64,000 bases of DNA from Nemertoderma westbladi (lineage: Eukaryota; Animalia; Xenacoelomorpha), in assembly GCA_032718475.1 (NCBI GenBank), contig JAUCBJ010007673.1:5156-69155 (forward strand). The letters run 5' to 3'. Numbering within the stretch: position 1 is the first letter of the stretch; each line of letters begins with the position of its first letter. A program made the position numbers and the translations under genes. Of this stretch, positions 24,182 to 33,205 are shown piece after piece. Under the pieces are notes generated by a model that searched no databases, was not told the DNA's origin, and was given only the letters and a program-made list of their open reading frames with translations.

Positions 24182-27100
24182 CCAGAAGGACACAAGTGGA
24201 CCGACCAGACATACTACCTGCCACATCACTATGTGAGACATCCCGACAAACCAGATAAAGTACGCGTAGTCAATGACTGTGCGGCTCTGTTTGAGGGAAT
24301 GTCCCTCAATAGTGAGTTGATGGATGGACCGAACATGAATAATTATCTTATGGGGGTGATTATGCGCTTCCGTCAGCGTCAAGTAGCCTTTACTTGCGAC
24401 GTTGAAGCGATGTTTCACCAAGTAAAAGCGTTAGAGCGAGACAGAGACAGTTTGCGGTTTCTCTGGTATCCGGAAGGGGACTTAAGTCTACCACCAGCGA
24501 CTTACCAAATGCAAGTTCGCGTTTTCGGTGCCAGAGACAGCCCAAATTGTACGATGTACGCCTTGAAGCAAGCCGCTAGAGATCAGAAACATCTGTATGA
24601 CCCAGAGATAATTAGAATTGTAGAACGTGACTTTTACGTTGATGACGGTTTACAAAGTTGCGACACAGTAGAACGTGCTACAATAGTAGCACATCAATTA
24701 CGGGACTGCTTGGCGGGCGGAGGTTTTAACCTCACCAAATTCGCCTCAAACAGTGCCGAATTAGTTGACTCATTCGGAACTACTGAGCGTGGAGGAGGTG
24801 ATATAGACCTAGAGTTCGAACCACTACCGACGACTAAGGTGTTGGGGCTCTTTTGGGACCCAAACACAGACAACTTTCGAGTGAAGGTGAGACTGGACAG
24901 TCAAGGGAACACGCTGACCAAGAGATCATGCTTGTCAAAATTGAGCCGATTGTTCGATCCGTTAGGATTCATCAGTCCAGTGATACTGCAAGCCCGCATT
25001 TATATGCGCAGTATATGGAAGGATGGACTAACATGGGACGAGCCGATCTCATCAGACCAAGTGGACTTATGGAAGACCTGGGAGGCGGAATTGTCTTCGC
25101 TAGAGGATTATTTCATACCCAGGGTTTACTTTCCATTACAGAGTACATTTCCTGACAACTTGGAACTACACTGTTTTTCTGACGCCAGTGACAACGGTTT
25201 TGGTGTGGCAGCGTATTTGCGCAGACAAGTAGAATCAGACGAGTTCGATGTTTCGCTCATTACTTCTAAGGCTAAGACCATGCCTACTAAGTATATGACG
25301 ACACCACGAGCCGAGCTACAAGCCGCAACCCTGTCAACCACCATCGTGAACCTCATACAGACAGAACTACAGTCGAGTTTACAGATATTTTATTGGACTG
25401 ACGCGACGTTAGTTTTATTTTACATAAACAACGACACTCTCGAATTCAAGACATTCGTAGCTAACCGTCGCGCGGAAATTCTAGACCGTTCAATAAAAGA
25501 GGATTGGCGACATTGCCCCGGACCACAAAACCCAGCTGATATTGCGTCGCGAGGAATGATGCCTGAGGAATTCTGTAAACCGGAGAACAAAGAGTTTTGG
25601 CAACACGGACCCCAGTTCTTGCAGAAATCGACACAAGATTGGCCTCCGTTATACGACAACAAGTCCAACACTATTCCCAAGGACGCCGAAATCAAAAAAC
25701 CAAAAAGGGGGAAGACAAAGAAAAAGACAACGGCGGCAAAACTCAAGAAAAAACCGAAGGCGAAATGGAAGGATATAACTTCAAAGGTCAAGAGAGGAAG
25801 ACTTGCGAGCCTTTCTACACCAGACATATCGCCAGACGGTCAACCAGACACGTTACCAGACGGTCAACCAGACATGTTACTAGACAGCCAACCAGACATT
25901 TTGCCAGACATATCACAAAATGTTCCACCAGACGCTAGTAACACACTGACATACAGTAAAGCCGCAGTTTCCCTATTGGAGCGGCCTTCTATTGACAAAC
26001 AACCAGATACGTTACCAGACGTATCGCCAGACACATTACTAGACAGTCGACTAGACATTAGTAATGTATCGACTAACAATAAAGCCGCAGTTTCCCTATT
26101 GGAGCGGCCTTGTATTGACAAACTACCAATTTTGACACACTTGAGCAACCATAAGCATGGTGAAACCTCATGTATTACAGATGTGGGTAGTACCTACGCT
26201 AATGTAAATACAGGTGTTACTTTGCGCTCAAGAGACATACCGAACTTACAACCTACGGTGAGACCTGGGATTAATGTCGGCAGGAAAATAAGTTTACCGA
26301 AACCTGCTGACCCCATAGAGTTCAAACCACCATTAACGATCGACTTACAAAGTACCGACAATCAAGGTAAGAAGACAAAGAAGGACAAATTACTTGTAGA
26401 CCCGGACGGATCAACAGTCAACAAGGGAATACTTACCGGCGGACCCGTGGGCCCTTCTAGTAATTCAAAACCTTCCAAATTCTCCATTGACTTACCTGAT
26501 GACGTCACAAATACTCATGTCGACCGTATTGTAAACCTAACAGATTCTTGGTCAAACGCTTGCCGAAAATTAGCGTGGATTGTACGTTTTGTACAATACG
26601 TTAAAGGCAAACGTGACTTTACACGTCGACTTACATTGGCTGAGATTGACAGGTGTGAGATTAAATTAATTCGCCATTACCAACTGCGATATTTCGCGCG
26701 CGAATTCACATCTATACATCAAGGTCAACCAATCAAGTCGTCACCGATACTGAGTTGGAGTCCGATTATTTACAATGGCTTAATTTGTCATAAATCTCGG
26801 CTTCAAAACATTGACTTTAACACAAACTTTAGGTACCCAATAATAATACCGCAACACCACGAACTACAACGTGCAATGATACTGGACGCACATCTACATC
26901 TGAAACACGCTGGAAGACACCACTGTCTTTCCTACTTACGTACTAGATTTGTATTAATTAGACCCAGTAAAGCATTAAGTTCCGTGACACGTACGTGTAT
27001 TATTTGTAAAAAGGTACATTCTAGAATAGGTACCCAAGAAATGAGTGAACTACCACAAGCACGACTTCAAGCATTCAGACCACCTTTTACAGAGACTGGA

Positions 27101-28027
27101 ATTGATTGCTTTGGTCCCATACATACGAAACGTGGACGTATACTAGTAAAACGCTGGGGACTGATTTTCACATGTATGTCCAGTAGGGCAGTTCACATTG
27201 AACGTGTGATGGATCTTTCCACCAACGCGTTTATACTAGCACTGCGGCGATTTATCGCTAGACGCGGACTAGTAAAATGCTTGTACTCAGACCAAGGGAC
27301 AAACTTTGTTGGTGCTCGGAATGAGATTGCTAGAGCCTTTAAGAAATTAGATCATGATCAAATCTCGAACGAACTGCAACCTCACAAGATTGTTTGGAAG
27401 TTCAATCCTCCAGATAGTCCTTGGAGAGGCGGAGTCTGGGAGAGATTGATTAGATCTATCAAAACGGCCATGGCAAAGGTCATTCCAGTAAACCACATAT
27501 TAACAGACGACCAACTGACAACATTGTTTGTTGAAATCGAGGCAATACTAAATACTAGACCAATAGTATTAGTACCCGATGACAAACAATCTCAGTTCGC
27601 TTTAACACCAGCACACCTGCTTATGCAGGCACCGACCACATTGACGCCGATTTCCATTCCAATGGAAAGCGATAGCTACGGTAGAAAAGCGTGGAAAATC
27701 ACGCAACTACTGGCTAACAAATTCTGGGAAATATGGCAAAACCATTATTTGCCCTCTATTTCTGCCAGAACAAACTGGTACAATAACACCCGCGCATTAA
27801 AGCCGGGAGATCACGTGCTGTTGGCAGAAGTGAATCTAAAAAGACGCTTCTGGATAACAGGTGTCATTTTAGCCACACATCCATCTATGGATGGAGTGAC
27901 AAGAACTGTGACGGTACGGACAATTGACGGTCGTACAGTAGACAGACCGACTCAACGTCTCGTACTTCTTGAAGAGACTCGTAACGAGTCTGGAGATTAC
28001 AAATCTCCACCTAATACTAGTAAATAA
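24182..28027 (+). CDS. pol: E2 pol 3' part: RT, RNase H, integrase
   Basis: RT: VAFTCDVEAMFHQV and DFYVDDGL. Pao RNase H: LHCFSDAS, TPRAELQAA, YWTDA, NPADIASRG. Integrase: HHCC zinc finger and DDE (GIDCFGP, YSDQGTNF, WERLIRS). Confidence 0.95.
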   Translation, partial: PEGHKWTDQTYYLPHHYVRHPDKPDKVRVVNDCAALFEGMSLNSELMDGPNMNNYLMGVIMRFRQRQVAFTCDVEAMFHQVKALERDRDSLRFLWYPEGDLSLPPATYQMQVRVFGARDSPNCTMYALKQAARDQKHLYDPEIIRIVERDFYVDDGLQSCDTVERATIVAHQLRDCLAGGGFNLTKFASNSAELVDSFGTTERGGGDIDLEFEPLPTTKVLGLFWDPNTDNFRVKVRLDSQGNTLTKRSCLSKLSRLFDPLGFISPVILQARIYMRSIWKDGLTWDEPISSDQVDLWKTWEAELSSLEDYFIPRVYFPLQSTFPDNLELHCFSDASDNGFGVAAYLRRQVESDEFDVSLITSKAKTMPTKYMTTPRAELQAATLSTTIVNLIQTELQSSLQIFYWTDATLVLFYINNDTLEFKTFVANRRAEILDRSIKEDWRHCPGPQNPADIASRGMMPEEFCKPENKEFWQHGPQFLQKSTQDWPPLYDNKSNTIPKDAEIKKPKRGKTKKKTTAAKLKKKPKAKWKDITSKVKRGRLASLSTPDISPDGQPDTLPDGQPDMLLDSQPDILPDISQNVPPDASNTLTYSKAAVSLLERPSIDKQPDTLPDVSPDTLLDSRLDISNVSTNNKAAVSLLERPCIDKLPILTHLSNHKHGETSCITDVGSTYANVNTGVTLRSRDIPNLQPTVRPGINVGRKISLPKPADPIEFKPPLTIDLQSTDNQGKKTKKDKLLVDPDGSTVNKGILTGGPVGPSSNSKPSKFSIDLPDDVTNTHVDRIVNLTDSWSNACRKLAWIVRFVQYVKGKRDFTRRLTLAEIDRCEIKLIRHYQLRYFAREFTSIHQGQPIKSSPILSWSPIIYNGLICHKSRLQNIDFNTNFRYPIIIPQHHELQRAMILDAHLHLKHAGRHHCLSYLRTRFVLIRPSKALSSVTRTCIICKKVHSRIGTQEMSELPQARLQAFRPPFTETGIDCFGPIHTKRGRILVKRWGLIFTCMSSRAVHIERVMDLSTNAFILALRRFIARRGLVKCLYSDQGTNFVGARNEIARAFKKLDHDQISNELQPHKIVWKFNPPDSPWRGGVWERLIRSIKTAMAKVIPVNHILTDDQLTTLFVEIEAILNTRPIVLVPDDKQSQFALTPAHLLMQAPTTLTPISIPMESDSYGRKAWKITQLLANKFWEIWQNHYLPSISARTNWYNNTRALKPGDHVLLAEVNLKRRFWITGVILATHPSMDGVTRTVTVRTIDGRTVDRPTQRLVLLEETRNESGDYKSPPNTSK

Positions 28028-28686
28028 TTAGGAGTTTAAAAATAGATTTCCACGTACCTGTACACCGTAGTAAGGACAGCGGTAGAATTCCATTGTCTTT
28101 ATATGTGAACATTGAGGGTAGTACCCTTATGTGTCACATAGGAGCGGGATTTGTAGGTATAAGAAATGGAATTCTACTTGGAACTCACAATATTGAGACA
28201 TTTTCGAAATTTTAGACAATCCATTTGGATTTGAAAAATTTTTAAAATTTTCTCCAGTGAATAGATTTCAGGGTACAGTCGGGTGGAACTTAAAATTAGA
28301 GAAACAAGAGAGGAAGACTTGCGAGCCTTTCTTAAAATTTTAATTAAATTTTACACGGTCTTGTTTCAATAAGTTACGTCAAAATAGACTCCCCTATATT
28401 TATTACTAATTCTTGACTGCTTATTTTCTGATAATAGTTTGGGATCAAAAAGTGAGTATTTTAGACTCACAGCCAGTTTAGCCCAAAATTCGTTTTTATT
28501 TCGGCAAAAAATTTTAGATAAGAAGCAGCGTGTCATTAAAGAAACCCTAGATCTTAGGCTATGGGTAGGAGGTTAGAGCGTTGTCGAGCCCAAAGGGCAG
28601 ACGAAACTCTCACGTCTCCTCACAACTAACTACAAACTCTGTTGTATTCCCTCTAGTAGTAATGATTATGTAACTACACCCTAATT

Positions 28687-31600
28687 ATGGAGAAAGGGAT
28701 ACAAGGAGAGCCGAGATGGGGATATGATATCCAAGAGGAGGCAGCAGCGCCATTCGAAAGATTTGGAGCCAAGGATTACACTATATTTGGTATAAAAGAA
28801 TTATCGGAAAGTACAGCGAAACTCGCGAGAACTAAATATGACTCGAATGTATTAAAGAGAAGGCAAAACGCATTGAACGAAAGAATCGAAAGTTTGCGCC
28901 AAACCTTCAATGAACTTTACCCGTACGATGCTTTGTGTGACACGGGAGACATTAGCGAAGACCCCGATACTGAAATTAGTCGTTTGTATCATACCATGCA
29001 ATACCTAAAGGCGCATGAACCTATGCCCGCGGTACGCGATGAATTCGATGGAATGCATCTTTACAGACGAACTCGAGGGGACGATAGAGAAACCAAGGAA
29101 GCATTTTCAGTTTATAAACTTTATTATCAATGCGGTTCTTGTATGCGCGAACAACGAAATGCGATTCCGATGCGTTTGAATAAGGAAAATCCCGAACCGA
29201 TATTGGCGAGGTGTTCGAATCATCAACAACTACGCTACCAGGAAGGAGGGTATCCTTTATCGAATCCATATCATTCATTTGCTATGACCGGACCAAAGGC
29301 GGGAGAAACTGTCATTTACCCACCTAAGGTTGTTGAACCCGATGTATTTGAACTTACGCTGGACGAGGCGAATCAGTCAACCCGCGAAAAGAAAGAAGCT
29401 CTTAGCCTATACAGAGCCTACAAGGCTTTCGAGAAAGGTGAGATGGAAGAATGGGGTGGAAGACTCGCGAGCCTACCTTGCCATTGGACGTCACACGATC
29501 AAACTTCAGCTAAGGAGATGACACCGGAAGTTTTCGAGAGCATAAACTTTGCTCAAAACGTTATTCAGAGACTACAGATTGCATCCCCGGAGAGGCCAAG
29601 AGAAATGCAACCGTATAGTACTTCAACTACGAAACCATTGAGTACGACACTCAATTTCCCTATTAGTATACCAGTCCGACAGGATACGACGTACGAAATA
29701 CCCATCGTGGATCATCCAGAAATCATTTCAAACTTGGAGTTTCTTCCTGCAGTTGTTTTCAGCGATATGAGTAAGATATATGATTTACGTAGACATATTA
29801 CTCAAAAGGTCGTGAACAACGTTCCACCTCATATCCAAGATTTTAAGGAACTGGATAGAGCTGGTGCCGACATAGCTCCGAGTAATCTGAAAGGATATCT
29901 AACCAAGACGATTCGTTTATGGATTGGAACCGGAACCTTCGAGTCGGATACGGATATTGCCGCAGATTGGCGAGGTAAGGTTATTCGTTTCGATGAGGAT
30001 AAGGATATAGAGAAGATTTGGCAACCTTCGGAAGAATTGTTGGATGAATGGACTAGGACGTTTAGATCGTTTCAGGAAAACGGTTATATGTTTTACGATA
30101 ACGAGGGCGGCAGTCATCAGCAGAGTTTGACTTCTAAGACTATACAGATTAGAGCGGCGGACGGAGTCCTGCACGTTTTCAGTAGACAGAGGAGCGACAA
30201 ACGAATGCCGATACCTCCAGCGAATACAAAGCGACACCATCTTATCACCGATATAGTAAAGAAGATGGACCAAGCTTGTAATATTGACGCTAGAATGCTA
30301 CCGAAGATGGTAAGAAACATGATTTTAGATAAAACTGTTGTAAAGGTTGGATCAGGAGTAAGGGAGGATCTAATTAGCGACTTCGCCGGCATGACGGACA
30401 GCGATGACCGACTACCGACACCATACGTCGACACTCGACCTCTTATTCTGTGGTCTATAGAACAGGGATATTTTCGTGAGTATAATACTCAGAAGACTGG
30501 CACTGGATACATTTCCTACCTGTTATTCAATTGGGATTATAAGGAAGGTAAAAGGAACAAGTATATTGAAACTTATGGAGAAGGTGATACTCCAGATATG
30601 AGTGAGTTTGAATCACAGCTTAAATGGAGAGGATGCGTGTATTGGGCTATTACGTCACCTCCAAGAGCGGTCTTACAATATTATTTAGCGATAGAGTCGT
30701 CAGTGAATGTTTGCCTAATCGCCGACATTGTGTCTCGGACTCTCAAAAGACATCCACTTTGTCTCGGAGAAGATCATACGTTCTACATGGAAGGGAGAAT
30801 TCGTACCGACGTGTTTAGACGATTCCTTGAACCCTTCTACAACTCCGACGCTCAGTGTAATGCCTTTACTCGAGCAGGATTTAGTATATTTCGAGACGTG
30901 TATCTTCGCTGTGCGGGATCTCTTATCGAAAGACCATCTATGTTTACATTGTTACCCTATGAAGGAGAACGTATCGTGGAGATTATGGATGAATCACGGC
31001 AGACGCGCGCGCCTATCGGTCACCTTGGTGATGAATTCGAAGTAACTACTACGATCGCCGACGATCCTTTAGAGGAACTTCTTGAGATTGAAAGGAACCT
31101 CCCGAAGAAATCTCAGACGGAGATTCGACAACTTGAAGCAACAGATGCTATAGTTTGCCTACAACCTTCAGAAACCTACCAACCCATAGACCCAGATGAT
31201 TACGATTATAGTATGGGAGGAAGCGCTCGACCGATTGGAGATCTTATATACGAACGAGTGTGGTACCCTGCCAATACGATGTGTAATAAATGTGGCGTCG
31301 CTGGACATCATATGGCAAAGTGCAGTGGAAAGCACATTACTACGACTCAGCTAATCTGTGGATGGTGTGGGGATCAAGGGTCTCATACCTTTTATACTTG
31401 CTGGAGATTTATGGCTCAATGTACTTACTGCAATATAAAGGGACATCGAGCATCTGAATGCCAACTGAGAGACATACCTTATGAACACGAATCTGTAAAA
31501 CTCGTGAGGAAGTTATTTGATGAGTGGGAAGATTTGGCCGACGAACATGTATCGGCACAAAGAAGACGGTTTCCGATGAGAGCGCATCTCGGATTTTGGG

Positions 31601-32412
31601 CGGTAAATCCTCAAACGATGATGTCGGAAGGATATATCTCCGCTATGCCCCAATATGACGAACTTATCGAGGTTGTCGATATTTTGCCCCACTACAGCGG
31701 ATTCCGAGTGGTGCGCGAGTATCTGTTACAAATTCACCCGGATAACAAAAACACGTGGAATTTTCAGAAAGTCGTTAATCGGATTACGTATGGTGAATTC
31801 GATCGTTTCCGAACTGAAAAGCGGAACAAAGGAGCTTGGTTAACCGTCGCATGGGCGTACCGAGCCGCGTTTTACCACAAACGTATACGAGCGAGCGTAT
31901 TCGAGGAAGAAGAGGTCCTAGAGGCGACAAATATACCAGCCACTCCGGTTGCGCCGTCTGCACGTCACCCTCGAGAGGACGGACAGGGTAGGATCATACG
32001 GGTCCAGAAAGTGGGCCAACAATTGAAGAAAATTATTAATGTAGAAGAACGCAAGGGAGTTGAGCCGACTATTCGAGTTACTCGGGATACGGTATCACTT
32101 CCAAGAGAACCGGTAGGAGGATCGGGACATACACCAGCTGATCAACAGGGGGCGCAAGCTACTCTTGGGTCTGCGTCGTCCACTCCTCGCGCGTTCCCAG
32201 ACGTTCTACCAACTGTAGCGACAACTGATCGGTCACGAGGAATTGGTCGAGGTTTTGGGATGCCAAATAGACGAATTTGCGAGGAAATAGTTGCACCGTC
32301 TCTCAACGTCCCAAGTAAACCAGTGACTCGCCCCATTAGTCCCATATCGCGAGCAAAGTCACCTGTGCGCAGTTTTCGAGGACGCGGCAGGGCTCGATCT
32401 ACTAAGCGATAA
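28687..32412 (+). CDS. E2 ORF3: DEDDy 3'-5' exonuclease (WRN/EXD/Mut-7-like) with CCHC zinc knuckles, 1241 aa
   Basis: ExoI MFYDNEG, then IQIRAADGVLHVF, LPKMVRNMILDKTVVKVGSGVREDL (ExoII), PYVDTRPL and YYLAIES (ExoIII-like). Knuckles CNKCGVAGHHMAKC, CGWCGDQGSHTFYTC and CTYCNIKGHRASEC. Preceded by an acceptor-like actaac...ccctctag ending at 28656. Confidence 0.8.
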   Translation: MEKGIQGEPRWGYDIQEEAAAPFERFGAKDYTIFGIKELSESTAKLARTKYDSNVLKRRQNALNERIESLRQTFNELYPYDALCDTGDISEDPDTEISRLYHTMQYLKAHEPMPAVRDEFDGMHLYRRTRGDDRETKEAFSVYKLYYQCGSCMREQRNAIPMRLNKENPEPILARCSNHQQLRYQEGGYPLSNPYHSFAMTGPKAGETVIYPPKVVEPDVFELTLDEANQSTREKKEALSLYRAYKAFEKGEMEEWGGRLASLPCHWTSHDQTSAKEMTPEVFESINFAQNVIQRLQIASPERPREMQPYSTSTTKPLSTTLNFPISIPVRQDTTYEIPIVDHPEIISNLEFLPAVVFSDMSKIYDLRRHITQKVVNNVPPHIQDFKELDRAGADIAPSNLKGYLTKTIRLWIGTGTFESDTDIAADWRGKVIRFDEDKDIEKIWQPSEELLDEWTRTFRSFQENGYMFYDNEGGSHQQSLTSKTIQIRAADGVLHVFSRQRSDKRMPIPPANTKRHHLITDIVKKMDQACNIDARMLPKMVRNMILDKTVVKVGSGVREDLISDFAGMTDSDDRLPTPYVDTRPLILWSIEQGYFREYNTQKTGTGYISYLLFNWDYKEGKRNKYIETYGEGDTPDMSEFESQLKWRGCVYWAITSPPRAVLQYYLAIESSVNVCLIADIVSRTLKRHPLCLGEDHTFYMEGRIRTDVFRRFLEPFYNSDAQCNAFTRAGFSIFRDVYLRCAGSLIERPSMFTLLPYEGERIVEIMDESRQTRAPIGHLGDEFEVTTTIADDPLEELLEIERNLPKKSQTEIRQLEATDAIVCLQPSETYQPIDPDDYDYSMGGSARPIGDLIYERVWYPANTMCNKCGVAGHHMAKCSGKHITTTQLICGWCGDQGSHTFYTCWRFMAQCTYCNIKGHRASECQLRDIPYEHESVKLVRKLFDEWEDLADEHVSAQRRRFPMRAHLGFWAVNPQTMMSEGYISAMPQYDELIEVVDILPHYSGFRVVREYLLQIHPDNKNTWNFQKVVNRITYGEFDRFRTEKRNKGAWLTVAWAYRAAFYHKRIRASVFEEEEVLEATNIPATPVAPSARHPREDGQGRIIRVQKVGQQLKKIINVEERKGVEPTIRVTRDTVSLPREPVGGSGHTPADQQGAQATLGSASSTPRAFPDVLPTVATTDRSRGIGRGFGMPNRRICEEIVAPSLNVPSKPVTRPISPISRAKSPVRSFRGRGRARSTKR

Positions 32413-33205
32413 AAGGGAGGGCAAGGGTGGACGGAAGACTCGTGGGCCTTTCTTATGATTTGTGATTTATTTTGAATTATATGTTTTATATTTAGAAAAT
32501 TTAGTAAACTTATATTTTATATTTGTGCTTATTTCGAACTTATGCAATTTGTATTGTTCCGAATTTATGAAATTTAGAAATAAGAACTCATATTTAGTAA
32601 ACTTATATTTAGTAAGAATTTATATTTTATATTTACGTGATTATTTCGAACTTATGCAATTTATATTATTCTGAACTTATGCAATTTATATTGTTCCGAA
32701 TATTATGCAATTTATATCTTATAAGCAGTATTTGTATTTACAGTGAAATAGAAAGTTTTATAGATAGAAAATTTGTGCCCAGAAAGACTCATATTTGTAA
32801 TTATTCCAAACTTATGCAATCTACATTTAGGTACGAAAGTATTTGTAATTACTTGAATTTATGCAATATTTGAGATGCAATAGTAGATGGAAGACTCGCG
32901 AGCCTTTCTTATTGTTTTCATTTATTTGTATTTGTAATTGTTTGAATTTATGCAATATCTGAGATGCAATAGATTTATATTGGTGAATTTAATTTAGATT
33001 TATATTGTACTTACTTCGTAAAGCCTTAACTACGTAAAGTTTGAATTTGTAATTATTTTTGTATCGAATCATTACGTAAAAGGGAAGTATTGTTTGAAAC
33101 TTAATTGTAAATATGTAAGTACGCCCTAAGTATTTTATAGTTTGATTGATTATTGGTGAAAACCGTATATTTTATGCACGATAATATCCTGTTTTCATGG
33201 AGCGG

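Noticed and set aside
24060-24182. HDV-like or hammerhead ribozyme in the pol insertion
   Set aside because: I could not build the P1-P4 pseudoknot or find a CUGANGA/GAAA core by eye. A simple stem-loop explains the pairing.
22975-24184. Insertion as a TG...CA solo LTR with a GAA duplication
   Set aside because: A 3-bp TSD is atypical, and removal at these boundaries does not restore the pol frame.
28687-32412. ORF3 as an envelope glycoprotein
   Set aside because: No visible signal peptide, transmembrane segment or fusion-protein cysteine pattern. Exonuclease and knuckle motifs explain it better.
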